A DNA stretch of 64,000 nucleotides from Heterodontus francisci. Its lineage: Eukaryota. Shown here piece by piece: positions 48,245 through 61,794 of the stretch (the first letter of the stretch is position 1; every line of letters starts with the position of its first letter). The DNA lies in contig NC_090404.1 in assembly GCF_036365525.1 (NCBI RefSeq), positions 12,800,550 through 12,864,549 on the forward strand, given 5' to 3'. The notes under the pieces are model-generated. The model saw nothing but the letters and a program-made list of their open reading frames with translations, was not told where the DNA came from and ran no database searches. A program made the translations under genes and the position numbers.

Positions 48245-48929
48245 CCTTGAATAAGAAAAACACGAACTTGGACGTTTACAGAATTCCTTGCCCAGAGGCT
48301 CATCCACACCGCTCCATGTTCCCTATTACATGTTTCCCCCCTTTCCTGACAGCTATTTTTCACCAGTCCTGTCTGGTTTATGTTTAAACCCAAGGTCCTT
48401 GTTTGAACTTCATGTGTAAATAAGTAAGGTCCTTTGGTGAAGCAGCCGCTGCACCATCCAGGTCCCACCAGAGTAAATATACCTTTCCCTCTGTCTCATT
48501 TTGCCAAACCCCAGATGCAGAATGGCCGTACAGTGACGAGGAGTATCTCACTGACTTCTCCCATCTTATGGTCTGTCATAGTCACATGCCAGGTTATATC
48601 AAAGAGCAACGCTCTGCTCCCACACAGTCTGTTACAGTATAGTATTTGGTAGAATACTGTCCCATCAAACCTTTTCAGGGCGGGCACGGCACAGGTGAGA
48701 TACAGGGCAAAGCTCACTCTACATCATCCCATCAAACACTCCAGGACAGGGACAGCAGGGGCCACGGACAGAATAAAGCTGCATGTATCCTGTCCCATAC
48801 AAAACTCCCAAGACTGATCCAGCATGGATTGGAGACATGGTAAATCTCCCTCTACACGGCACCATCAAATGCTCCCAGGGCAGGCATATCACAGGTTAGA
48901 TGTATAGCACAGACACAGGAGGGAGCATA

Positions 48930-49650
48930 AACCCTGGGAATGATTTCTAGGGACTGGTGCATATCTGACAAAATATGCCATCGAGCACAAGAGCTGGGAA
49001 TTATTCCAATATCCTGGGAACATCTGAAACAACAGGAATCACAAACACTAGGAATGATCCCACAGCCTGGGGCCTCTCTAAGACAACAGAGAGGACAACC
49101 CCTGGGAATGATTTCCAAAGACTTAAGCCTATGTGACAAACATGGAGGCAGACAGTCTGGGTTGATTCCCAGAGCTTGGGGCCTAACTGATACAACAGAG
49201 AGCACAAACGGTGGGAATGATTCCCTCAATCTTTGCATTTTCTGTTACACACAACCCATAATCTCCACCTCTTCTGTCAGAAACACACACACACACACAC
49301 ACACACTGACTCACAACTTTTTTGTTCTGCACATGCCGAACATCTGTCTCTACCTTTTCTGTTATTCCCGTTACCCCTGCTTCTCTGTAACCTGTTTCCC
49401 TGATGATCTCTGTTCCACTCCATTCCGTCTGATACCATCTCCATGAACTCACATCATGAGCCCGGGGATCCTCGCTCCCTGCTCCATTCCCTCTGATAAC
49501 ATCTTCCTGAACTCACTGAACGTCACCCCAGGGATCCTCGTTCCCTGTTTAGTTCTCTTTCTACCATCTCCCTGAACACACTGAACATCATCCAAGGGAT
49601 CGCCTCTCCCTGCTCCCTTACTGAACATGACTCCAGGGATTGGCTGAATA
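48930..49650 (+). repeat. Two short tandem arrays: CTGGGAATGATTCC-type (~55 bp, 48930-49225) and ~70-bp CTCCATTCC...TGAACTCAC...GGGATC (49410-49645)
   Basis: Recurrent motifs seen directly. Confidence 0.65.
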
Positions 49651-50411
49651 TCACATTAGATTAAGGGAGGGAAACATGAACGCTTCTTCTGAAGGACTCG
49701 GCATGATAGTTGGGAATGGGTGGCGTTGATGTTTGAACTCTTTCTCTTCCCAATCTCTCTCCCACTTCTCCCCCACCACCATCATTCGGAGACGCCCGGC
49801 CCTCCAAGTTACTTTTGTCTTTAGCCGCCATCACTGTGACTCCCCGTCTCCATCCTTTCCCTCGACACGGGGAACACACACTGCGTGCATGGCTCTTTAA
49901 GACGCAAGGACTGACCCCTTCGGTCACTGCCCTCAGGGGCTGAGTGGAAGCTGGAGAGGGCCCGTGACCCCCTGACCCTGAATCAATGGAGGAAAACATC
50001 CTTCACGGTCCTGTGACGTAAGGAGTACATTGTGGCATCATCCATTGCAGGGCAAACTGGTGTTCGCCATTTTTGTGTGACAACACACGTGTCGCAAGTT
50101 TACCAGTTATTTAAAAGCACAACTATATTCAAAGGAAAACTGACTTCACCTTTCATCAAAAGAACAACTCGATCTTAATCTACAAAGGCGCAAGTTCGCT
50201 CCGTGTGATCATATAAAGAGCTGTGCTTAAACCGGTTGTGGGTGTGCGCATGTGCGGGTCGTGCCACAGATCGGGGCCTTCCCAGCCGCTGTGAATTGTG
50301 AGAGCCGCAGCCCTCCACGGCCCAGTCATTAATAGAGTCAATCCAAACCCAACCTCCTTCCAGTCGGTTGCTATCCGTGTTGTTGACCCCGACAGACATA
50401 AAAGTGAGATA

Positions 50412-53400
50412 TAAACTTGGTGGAACTATCGAGGAGGGTTTGTCTACTGAGTCAGTATGGGTGGAAGTCAGAAACAGGAAAGGAGCAGTCACTGTATTGG
50501 GAGTTTTCTATAGATCCCCAAATAGCAACAGAGACACGGAGGAACAGAATGGCAGGCAGATTTTGGAAAGGTGCAGAAGTAACAGGGTTGTTGTCATGGG
50601 TGACTTCAACGTCCCTTATATTGATTGGAACCTCCTTAGTGCAAATAGTTTGGATGGTGCAGATTTTGTCAGGTGTGTCCAGGAAGGTTTCCTGACTCAA
50701 CATGTGGATAGGCCGACTAGAGGGGAGGCTATATTGGATTTGGTGCTTGGCAACGAACCAGGCCAGGTGGCAGACCTCTCGGTGGGAGAGCATTTCGGTG
50801 ATAGTGATCACAACTCCCTGACCTTTACTATAGTCATGGAGAGGGATAGGAGCAGACGGGATGGGAAAATATTTAATTGGGGGAGGGGGAATTACAATGT
50901 TATTAGGCAGGAATTGGGGAGATGAAATTGGGAACAGATGTTCTCAGGGAAATGCACGACAGAAATGTGGAGGTTGTTTAGGGAGCACTTGCTGCGACTG
51001 CTGGATAGGTTTGTCCCGATGAGGCAAGGAAGGGATGGTAGGGTGAAGGAACCTTGGATGACATGAGATGTGGAACAGATGGTCAAGAGGAAGAAGGAAG
51101 CTTACTTAAGGTTGAGGAAACAAGGATCAGACAGGGCTCTAGAGGGTTACAAGGTAGCCAGGAAGGAACTGAAGAATGGACTTAGGAGAGCTAGAAGGGG
51201 ACATGAAAAAGTCTTGGCGGGTAGGATTAAGGAAAATCCCAAGGCGTTCTACACTTATGTGAGGTACAAGAGGATGGCCAGAGTGAGGGTAGGGCCGATC
51301 AGGGATAGTGGAGGGAACTTGTTCCTGGAGTCGGAGGAGGTAGGGGAGGTCCTTAATGAATACTTTGCTTCAGTATTCACTAATGAGAGGGACCTTGTCG
51401 TTTGTGAGGACAGCGTGAAACAGGCTGATATGCTCGAACAGGTTGATGTTAAGAAGGAGGATGTGCTGGAACATTTGAAAGACATGAGGATAGATAAGTC
51501 CCCAGGGCCAGACGGGATATACCCAAGGTTATAACGGGAAGCGAGGGAAGAGATTGTTGCACCTTTGGTGATCATCTTTGCGTCCTCACTGTCCACTGGA
51601 GTAGTACCAGATGATTGGAGGGTGGCAAATGTTATTCCCTTGTTCAAGAAAAGGAATAGGGATAACCCTGGGAATTATAGACCAGTCAGTCTTACGTCGG
51701 TAGTGGGCAAATTATTGGAGAGGATTCTGAGAGACAGGATTTATGATTATTTGGAAAAGCATGGTTTGATTAGAGATAGTCAGCATGGCTTTGTGAGGGG
51801 CAGGTCATGCCTCACAAGCCTTATTGAATTCTTTGAGGATGTGACAAAACACATTGATGAAGAAAGAGCAGTGGATGTGGTGTATATGGATTTTAGCAAG
51901 GCGTTTGATAAGGTTCCCCATGGTAGGCTCATTCAGAAAGTAAGGAGGCATGGGATACAGGGAAATTTGGCTGTCTGGATACAGAATTGGCTGGCCCATA
52001 GAAGACAGAGGGTGGTAGTAGATGGAAAGTATTCAGCCTGGAGCTCGGTGACCAGTGGTGTTCCGCAGGGATCTGTTCTGGGACCTCTGCTCTCTGTGAT
52101 TTTTGTAAATGACTTGGATGAGGAAGTGGAAGGCTGGATTAGTAAGTTTGCCGATGACACAAAGGTTTCTGGAGTTGTGGATAGTGTGGAGGGCTGTTGT
52201 AGGTTGCAGCGGGACATTGACAGGATGCTGAGCTGGGCTGAGAAGTGGCAGATGGAGTTCAACCTGGAAAAGTGTGAAGTGTGAAGTGAAGTGATTAACA
52301 GGGGGATTGAGTTTAAGAGACGCGAGGTTATGCTGCAGCTCTATAACGCCCTGGTTCGACCACACTTGGAATATTGTGTTCAGTCCTGGTCGCCTCATTA
52401 TAGAAAGGATGTGGAAGCTTTAGAGAGGGTGCAGAGGAGATTTACCAGGATGCTGCCTGGACTGGAGGGCATGTCTTACGAAGAAAGATTGAGGGAGCTA
52501 GGGCTTTTCTCATTGGAGCAAAGAAGGATGAGAAGTGACTTGATAGAGGGGTACAAGATGATGAGAGGCATAGATAGAGTGGATAGCCAGAGACTTTTTC
52601 CCAGGGTGGAAAGGTCTATCACCAGGGGGCATAATTTTAAGGTGATTGGAGGAAGGCTTCGGGGAGATGTCAGAGGTAGGTTCTTTACACAGAGAGTGGT
52701 GGGTGTGTGGAATGCTCTGCCAGCGGTGGTAGTGGAAGCAGATACATTAGGGACATTTAAGCGACTCTTGGATAGGTACATGGATGATAGTAGAATGAAG
52801 GGTAGGTAGTTAGTTTGCTCTTCGAGTAGGTTAAAAGTTCGGCACAACATCGTGGGCCGAAGGGCCTCTATTGTGCTGTACTGTTCTATGTTCTATGATC
52901 TATGATTCATTTTGGAAGGTCGAATTTGAATGCAGAATACAGGCTTAAATACAGGATTCTTGGCAGTGTGGAGGAACAGAGGGATCTTGGGGTCCACGTC
53001 CATAGATCCCTCAAAGTTGCCACTCAAGTTGATAGGGTTGTTAAGAAGGCGTATGGGGTGTTGACTTTCATTAACAGGGGGATTGAATTTAAGAGCCGCG
53101 AGGTTATGCTGCAGCTCTATAAAGCCCTGCTTCGACCACACTTGCAATATTGTGTTCAGTTCTGGTCGCCTCATTATAGGAAGGATGTGGAAGCTTTAGA
53201 GAGGGTGCAAAGGAGATTTACCAGGATGCTGCCTGGACTGGAGGACATGTCTTCTGAAAAAAGGTTGAGGGAGCGAGGGCTTTTCTTATTGGAGCGAATA
53301 AGGATGAGAGGTGACTTGATAGAGGGGTACAAGATGATGAGAGGCATAGATAGAGTGGATAGCCAGAGACGTTTTCCCAGGGCGGAAAGGGCTATCACCA

Positions 53401-53675
53401 GGGGGCATAATTTTAAGGTGATTGGAGGAAGGTTTAGGGGAGATGTCAGAGGTAGGTTCTTTACACAGAGAGTGGTGGGTGCGTGGAATGCACTGTCAGC
53501 GGTGGTAGTAGAAGCAGATACATTAGGGACATTTAAGCGACTCTTGGATAGGTACATGGATGATAGTAGAACGAACGGTATGTAGGTCGTTTGATCTTAG
53601 AGTAGGTTAAAGGGTCGGCACAACATCGTAGGCCGAAGGGCCTGTACTGTGCTGTACTGTTCTATGTTCTTCTAT
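50412..53675 (+). mobile_element. Young, 5'-truncated CR1 LINE (endonuclease + RT, few stops) with a nested same-family copy at 52294-52904
   Basis: MGDFN, PTRGEAILDLVL, GDSDH, YRPVSLTS, YMDFSKAFDKVPH, GVPQGSVLGP, FADDTK; (TTCTATG)n tails. Confidence 0.95.
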
Positions 53676-53679
53676 AACA

Positions 53680-55410
53680 GAACTACATGCATGCTAAACA
53701 GTGGAGGCAGCGTGTCATAGACAGAGCTAAGCAATCTCATAACAAAAGGATCAGATCAAAGCTCTGCAGTCCTGCCACATCCAGTCGTGAATGGTGGTGA
53801 AAAATTGTAACCTCGAAGATGGAAAGTCCCAGCACAAGAACGCAAAAGACAAAGCTGAAATATTTACAGCCATCTTCAGCCGTTAGTGCCGAGTATATGA
53901 TTTATCTCGGCCTCCTCCTGAGGTTCCCAGCAGCTCAGAAGCCATTTTTCAGCTAATTTGATTCACTCTAGGTGATATCAGGAAATGGATGAAGGAACAT
54001 GGTACAGCAAAAGCTGTGGGCCCTGACAACATCCCAGCTGTAGTACTGAAGATCTGTGCTCCAGAACTAGCTGCGCCCCAAGCCAAGCTGTTCCAGTACA
54101 GCTGCAACAGTGGCATCTACCCACCAACGTGGAAAATTGCCCAGATATGTCCTGTCCACAAAGGCAGGATACATCCAATCTAGCTATTTATCGCCCCATC
54201 AGTCCATTCTCAATCGTCAGCAAAGTAATGGAAGGAGTCATTGACAGTGCTATCAAGCGGCACTTTATCAGAAATAACCTGCTCACTGATGCTACTTTTG
54301 AGTTTTGCCAGGGCCACTCGGCTCCAGACCTCAGTAGAGCCTGGATCCAATTCTGGACAGAGGAGGTGATTTCCACAGGTGAGATGGCAGTAATATCAAG
54401 GCAATATCTGACAGAGTGTGACAGAAAAGAGCCCTGGTAAAATTGAAGTGAATGGGAATCGGGGAAAAGCTCTCTACTGGTTTTAGTTATACCTAGTACA
54501 AAGGTTGATGGCTGTGCTTGTTAGAGGCCTATTATCCCAGCCCCAGGGCATCGCTGTAAGCGTTCCTCAGGGTGTGTCCTGGGCCCAAACATCTTCAGCT
54601 TCTTCATCAACGACCTTCCCTCCGTCATAAAGTCAGAAGTGGGGATGTTCACTGAAGTTTGAAGTGTTCAGTAACATTCAACTCTTCAGATACTAAAGTA
54701 ATCTGTTTCCACATGCAGCAAGACATGGACAACATTCAGGCTTGGGCTGATAAATGGCTAGTGACATTCGCAGCACACAAGTGCCAGTGAATGATCATCA
54801 CCAACAAGAAAGAATCTAGCCATCTCCTTTTGACATTCAACAACCATTATCATTGCTGCATCCCCACCGTCAACATCCTGGGTGTTAACATTGACCAGAA
54901 ACCTAACTGGACTCTCCGTATAAATACTGAGGCTACAAGAGCAGGTCAAAGGCTGACATCTCTGCGGCGATTAACTCACCTCCTGACTTCCCAAAGCCGG
55001 CCTACCATCTACAAGGTACAAGTCAGGAGTGTGAAGGAATACTCTGCACTTGCCTGGATGGGTGCAGCTCCAACAAAACGCTAGAAGCTCAACACCATCC
55101 AGGACAATGCAGCCCACTGGATTGCCATCCATCCACCACCTTGGGTATTTAGTCCACCCAGCGCCAAGGCATAGTGGCAGCAGTGTTTACCATCTACAAG
55201 ATCACTGCAACAACTTGCCAAGGCTTCTTCAGCAGCACCACTGTTGCTTGGTCAAAATCTTGGAACTCCCTTCCTAAGAACTCTGTGAGTGCAACCACAC
55301 CAGATGGCCTGTTTAAAAAGCCAGCTCGCCACCTTCTCCAGAGCAAGTAAGGATTGGAAGCAAATACTGCCCTGTCCTGAGACCTTCACATCCCATGAAA
55401 CGATAAAAAA
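53680..55410 (+). mobile_element. Degenerate family B LINE, RT to 3' tail
   Basis: GPDNIPAVVLK, YRPISPFS peptides. Confidence 0.85.
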
Positions 55411-55817
55411 ATGAAAGTGTGCTGTTGAGTGGAGAGACTGTCTGAGCGGATTGAAGACCGAATCCGGGCCATCACAAGATCACAGGAGGTGGTGACTGCT
55501 CTTCAACCAAAGACGGATTGAAGCAAAGAAACGGAAAGAAAACATTCTACTGGTCTCCGTGAAAACAGGTGGACAGTAAATGTAACACCTAGAGTGATAT
55601 ATCACGCGGAAGAAAATGTATTTTTATAATAGAAAGGACAAACTATTGAAACATATCTCCATTCACGGCCTCAGAACGTTCAAAAGCCCCTTACAGCCAA
55701 AGAAGCTCCTTGCAGGTGTAGTGGCTGTCCCAGTGCAAGAAATGTGGGAATGCTTAATTGCCTGACAGAAAGTTATGCCAATCCGAATCCTCTGGAGGGG
55801 TAAGGGGATTTGGAAGT

Positions 55818-55983
55818 CATAGAGTAATTCAGCACTGGAACACGTCCTTCGGCCCACCGAGTCTGTGCCGACCAACACCCACCCATTTATACTAATCCTA
55901 CATTAATCCCATATTTCCTACCACATCCCCACCATCTACTTACACTAGGGGCAATTTACAATGGCCAATTTACCTATCAACCT
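55818..55983 (-). mobile_element. HE1-like SINE 3' half
   Basis: Reverse complement of the 4490-4650 segment. Confidence 0.8.
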
Positions 55984-56933
55984 CAGTTTCATTCTCCTGG
56001 TCTTTCTCCAAGCCCTTGAAACCCTCAATAATCTGCTGCCGTGACTCAGGATGCTCTCAACTCTCTTCCTTGGGTCCCCAGTGGTGCAGTGAGTCCGGTA
56101 GGTGGAGAGCTGGCTGTCACTGAATGGAAACACCCCGAGCTGAGTTAGTGTCCTTATAGGGGGAATGGTTATACTCTTGGAGACCAGCTGTGGGATGACA
56201 CTCAAGGCTGGTTATTGTAACCTGGAAGCTCAGAATTTTTTAATGCAATCAGTTTATTCCGTGATCAACTTGCCCTCTAGAATTCCGTTAGCCTTACCCT
56301 CAGGAAACCGTGACTCCAGCGAGATTTCCCTCATCGATCAGTTAACTTGTGAACTAACAATGATTCTGTATTTTGCCGGAATGAATTATAGACCTGTCAT
56401 ATTAGAACGATGATATCCGCTTTTATTGAACAAACATACAAAGAATAATCTGTAGCTGTAATTTGAACATAGTTTTCAACACCGTTCACTATCCTGGTTT
56501 GCAGTTAAAATACCGTTTGATTTCTATCTGGTGACTATTGCGCCTGTGATGATTTATTTACTGATCCATAACTTTCACGTTTTTGGACTTGCTATGAGGT
56601 GGGGTCGGTGTGGCCTCGCTTTTCAGTAATTACCCACTCATCACGCGAGAGCGGAGTGGGTTCAAATCCTCCGGGGTAAGGTGCAGGGCGGGTTCTCATT
56701 AACAAGAACTCAACACCAGCAGGACATGAAAACCTATTTATACAATACTCACTGAGATTAGAAAAGAAGTGGAGCAGAAAAAGAAAGAACATCCAGCGGC
56801 TTTGCTTCGTCTTTTGCCCCTTTATCATCGATCTCCACCAATGGTAAAGCAACAAGCTTCAGAAATCAGATCGCGGGGTGTGCCCGTTCTTTACATTTTA
56901 ATATTATTTTCCCACCTCCCACACCTTGTTAGA

Positions 56934-57659
56934 GGAGGCTGTGGCATAGTAGTAATGTCACGGAACTAATAATCCAGATTCCTTGGCTAATGCTCTGAGA
57001 ACATGGGTTCATATCCCACCATGGCAGATGGTTGAATTTGATTTCAATTAATAAATCTGGAATTAAAAGATAGTCTAATGGTGACCATGAAACCATTGTC
57101 AATTTGGGCGGCACAGTGGTGCAGTGGTTAGCACCGCAGCCTCACAGCTCCAGGGACCCGGGTTCGATTCCGGGTACTCCCTGTGTCTGTGTGGGTTTTC
57201 TCCGGGTGCTCCGGTTTCCTCCCACAAGCCAAAAGACTTGCAGGTTGATAGGTAAATTGGCCATTATAAATTGTCACTAGTATAGGTAGGTGATAGGGAC
57301 AGGTGGGGATGTTTGGTGGGAATATGGGATTAGTGTAGGATTAGTCTGAATGGGTGGTTGATGTTCGGCACAGACTCGGTGGGCCGAAGGGCCTGTTTCA
57401 GTGCTGTATCTCTAATCTAAAAAAAAAAATCTAATCTAATTGTTGTAAAACCCATCTGGTTCGCTAATGTCCTTGAGGGAAGGAAATCTGCCGTCATTAC
57501 CTGGTCTGGCCTACATGTGACTGCAGACTCACAAAAACCTAATTGACTCTTAAATGCCCTTTAAAATGGCCTAGCACGCCATTTAGTTCAAGGACAATTA
57601 GGGATGAGCAATAAATGCAGGCCGAGCCAGAGATGCCCATATCCCACAAACAAATAAAA
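56934..57659 (+). mobile_element. Second copy of the tRNA-headed LINE-5'/3' SINE, interrupted by an HE1-like SINE (57106-57438)
   Basis: Flanks are colinear with 23265-23642; insert is near-identical to 4323-4667. Confidence 0.85.
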
Positions 57660-57858
57660 CACAAACCTTCTACTTACTTGTCCCACTCATTGGTTAGTTT
57701 CAGAAAGCAATCCTTTGATAAGCGGGTGCTTGTTTATTGTCTGACGTACTTTCTCAAGCCATTGTGGCAAGTTGATTTCAACTACCAAACTTTTATTCAT
57801 TCCAGAATACAGTCCGCTTTTGGAGAAACAGGGGTTAATTCACTGCTCGGGGTCGGAT

Positions 57859-57990
57859 CTAAAGGCCTGCTCAGGTATAAAATTGAAACCCGACCCCGGC
57901 CTGTCCTGACCACATCCAACCCAAACCCGACCCGGGCACGCGTCCTTTAATTTATTTTAGCGCCCGACCCGAACCGGCTCGGCTATCCTA
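57859..57990. mobile_element. Possible hAT-like DNA transposon terminal relic
   Basis: TAAAGGCCTGCTCAGGT start followed by clustered ACCCGA/CCCGAC subterminal motifs. Confidence 0.4.
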
Positions 57991-59149
57991 ACAAAGATCA
58001 TGATATCAAACAGGTTATTGATCTGAACTGCCATTTTTCCAATCAATTAATCTTTCCTTTCACTGAAATTTAGCTTCCAGTCCAAACTCTCTGAAATGAT
58101 TTCACTGAGTTTAGGAATAGCAGTAAGAAAATGATACTTGACCTCTGTGTTGCTCATGTTCAAATCTTCATGGCCTTGCAGCCCCACTCCTCACCCCCAC
58201 CCCACCCCCACCCCGCCCCGCCCCCACCACCACTCCAAATCTCTACAACCCTACAACAGTCCGAAAACTGTGCCGTCTAAAAAAGGAAGGGAGTAAGTAA
58301 ATCACTTGGGTTGGTACTAGGGTACCCTGATCACTATCCAATGAACTCAGCCACAAAGTGCTCATGTGCATGTGGGGAGAGGGGGCGGGGAATGGAGGGG
58401 GGGGTGGGCTTTGGTTCCTGGTGACGGGATCAGGCTCAGATTCTCCACATCTCCATATGCAGGAATAGCCTGTTGCCGGAACGGATGAATCGGATCACAA
58501 CATTTGGACAAGGTCAGTGCAGTGAGCCTCGGTGAAACATAGAGGTGAGGAGCCTGTACAATAACTCACTCAGCATGGGGTGTGAGGAGAGAAGCAGTTC
58601 ACAGATTACAGAAACTAGTGCGCTGCAAGTAAAATCAGAATATGTTAGTGTAAATGAGTAAATTGGTTCATCAGTCATTACTTTTATTGCAATAAAATAT
58701 GCGTGTTTACTTGGAAATACGTTTATTTTTCACCATTTCACGCATAATCCTGCCCCATCCAGGTAGAGCCTCTCTGTATGTAATCTTGGGCTCTATCTGC
58801 CGTGGAGTGATTGATGGGACAGTGTGGAGGGAGCTTTACTCTGTATCTAACCCGTGATGTACCTGCCCTTGGAGTGATTGATGGGACAGTGTACAGGAGC
58901 TTTGCTTTCTTCTTAGCTCACGATGTTCCCGACTGGGATGGTTTATGTTTATAATATATACGATGGGCCGAATGGCCTCCTTCTGTACTGTCAGATTCCA
59001 TTATTCATTGAATTTCAATTGCATCAATCAAAACTTTCGTAATTGTACCCCTGAAATTGCTATTTGTGATGTTAGTATGTGGAAGCTGAAGAGTAACGGT
59101 ACCAACCAATGTCATGGTGAAATTGTAGATATAAAACTTAAAGTTCTGA

Positions 59150-59800
59150 AGAAACATGAGGAACTACAAAGGGTAATAGACAGGCTCAGTGAGTGGGCAA
59201 GTATTTGGCAAATGGAGTACATCTGGAGTACTGTGTACAGTTTTGGTCTCCTTATTTAAGAAACGATATATATGCGTTAGAGGCAATTCAGAGAAGGTTC
59301 ACTCGACTGATACCTGGGATTTGGCATGGGGCATAAGGGCGGAGGGGCGGGTGGTGGTGATGTTATCTAATGAAGAAAGATTGGGTAGGCTGGGTCTGTA
59401 TCTATTGGAGTTGAGAAGAATGAAAGGTGATCTTATTGAAACATATAAGATCCTGAGGGGACTTGACAAGTTGCATGCTGAAATGATGTTTCCCCTGTGG
59501 GGGAGGCTAGAACTAGGGGACGCAGTTTAAAAATAAGAGGTCTCCCATTTAAGATGGAGATTAGGAGAAATGTTTTTTCTCAGAGGGTCTTAGGTCTTTG
59601 GAACTCTGTTCCCCAGAAACCGGTGGAGACAGGGTCATTGAATATTTTTAAGGCAGAGGTCGATAAATTCTTCACTAACAAGGACGTAAAAGGGTATCAG
59701 GGCAGGCGGGGAAGAGGAGTCGAGGCCACAATCAGATCGGCCATTAACTTACTAAATGGCGGAGCAGACTAAAAGGGGCTGAATGCCTACTCCTGCTCTT
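59150..59800 (+). mobile_element. CR1 3' fragment
   Basis: RRMKGDLIETYKILRG; FSQRV peptides. Confidence 0.85.
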
Positions 59801-59964
59801 GATTCAAATGTTTGTGTGTTGTTCCCATTCTCACCTTTGGCTATATGCTTCTGTTGGTGTCTCACTGTATCACTGTAGTCAGTCTGGCCTTTATCTCAAT
59901 CCCTCTGTTGGTATCTCTGCATCATCATGCTCAGTCTCATCTTTATCTCTCTCCCTCTGTTGTT

Positions 59965-60700
59965 TCTTTTTTTCAAATCGCAGGATGTGGGCGTCGCTGG
60001 CTGGGCCAGCATTTACTGCCCATCCATAATTGCTCTTGAGAAGGTGGTGGCAAGCCACCTTCTTCAACCGCTGCAGCCCATCTGTTGTAGGTACACCCAC
60101 AATGCTGTTATGGAGGGACTTCCAGGACTTTGCTCCAGCGACAGTGATGAATGGTGATGTAGTTCCAAGGCAGGATAGTCTGTGGCTCCGAGAGGAACTT
60201 GCAAGTGGTGTTGCCATGCGTGTGCTGCCCTTGTCCTTCTAGGTGGAAGAGGTCACGGGTTTGGAAAGTGCTGTCAAAGGAGCCTTGCTGAGTTGCTGCC
60301 GTGCATCTTGTAGATGGTACACACTCCTGTCACTGTGCGTCGGTGCTGGAGGGAGTGGATGTTGAAGGTGGTGGATAGGGTGCCAATCAAGCTGGCTTCT
60401 TTGCTCTGGATGGTGTCGAGCTTCCTGAGTGTTGTTGGAGCGGCACTCATCCAGACAAGTGGAGAATATTCCATCACACTCCTGACTCGTGCCTTGTAGA
60501 TTGTAGACAGGCTTTGGGGAATTAGGATGTGTGTTACTCCCCACAGAATTCCCAACCTCTGACCTGCTTTTGTAGCTACAGTATTTCTATGCCTGGTGCA
60601 GTTCAGTTTCTGGTGGATAGTAACCACTAGAATGTTGATAGTGGGAGATGCAGCGATGGTAGTGCGGTTGAATGAGAAGGGGAGATTGTTGGATTCTTTT
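59965..60700 (-). mobile_element. Family B LINE 3' fragment
   Basis: IYKARVRSVMEYSPLVW peptide and tail. Confidence 0.85.
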
Positions 60701-61794
60701 TTGTTCGTGTCTGTTTGCATCATTTTACTCGGTCTCACCAGTATCTACGTACTTCATTTGTGTACAGACTCACTCACCTGCACAGCTACATTGATCAAAT
60801 CTTTAACGATTGAAATGCAGACAGGCACTTAGCTGATAGCCGTGGGTCGCCTCATTCACCACAGGCAAAATACTCAGATCTCAAACCTTGGAGACCTGGC
60901 AGGCACTGCGATGATCCATTGCGAAGATCAACTGCAAACGAACATTGCTCCGATCTTTAAGGATTGAATATAGAGAGACACTGAGCTGATCCACCTTGGT
61001 GCACGGGTACATTGTTCAGTTTTTAAACATTGAGTCCATACAGGGATAGGACTAATCAACCCTGGGAGCCTCACTCACTTCCACTGGTACATTGCTCAGA
61101 ACTTTCTTTTCATTGTACTCTTCCACAATTTTAACGAGCAGTTTCTTTTTCTATGCTTTGACTGGATTTTTTAAAGCTTTATTTATCCCCAGGCGTTCTG
61201 CTTTTCCTTTTGCTGCTTTCTCCCCATCTCCCCCATTCCCTTCACACCCCAGTCTCTCCCATTGCCATGAACAGTTGGCGGTAAATCAGTACAAAGCGAG
61301 ACTGACAATAAAAACTGACAGGTTACTGAGAAAACAAACATCAAATTAAAATAAAACAATTATACATCATGAAAAGAAGACCTTATCAATGTCCCTGTGC
61401 AGGTGAGTGCGGATTCCTTCAGTGGATCAGCTCAGTGCCTCTATGAACTTAATGCTTAAAAGATGATCCCCAGGGAGCAGCCCTTAGACCCAGATATCAG
61501 TAGCAGTGGCGTCAGGCTGGCCCAGGAAGGAACCATTTGGCACACTGGCACATGCCAGAAGCCACGCCTCGCCCGACGACCACCATCACGACCACATTGG
61601 ATACAGATAACGCCCGTGGACTCTTACACATCTGTGGGGCGTAGTCTGGGACACAGAAAGTTGTTACTTGGCAGGTGGGGGCCTCTATGCTGAGCAGAGC
61701 GGGGTCTGAGTGACAGGTTTCTGCTATATCAGGGGAATTCTGAGTCACTAACTTACAGTCAGTGTGATTTATGTCTGTGTATCTTTAAACTCTC

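Noticed and set aside
50368-53585. Long RT/endonuclease ORFs as a host gene or active LINE
   Set aside because: 5'-truncated, in-frame stops (50923, 51532) and a nested insertion
56600-56680. tRNA-like sequence with B box GGTTCAAATCC
   Set aside because: No complete cloverleaf; at best a decayed tRNA/SINE head. The HE1 heads are likewise SINEs, not tRNA genes
60780-61100. Short degenerate direct repeats (ACATTGNTC...TTTAA..ATTGA)
   Set aside because: Irregular spacing and no interpretable structure
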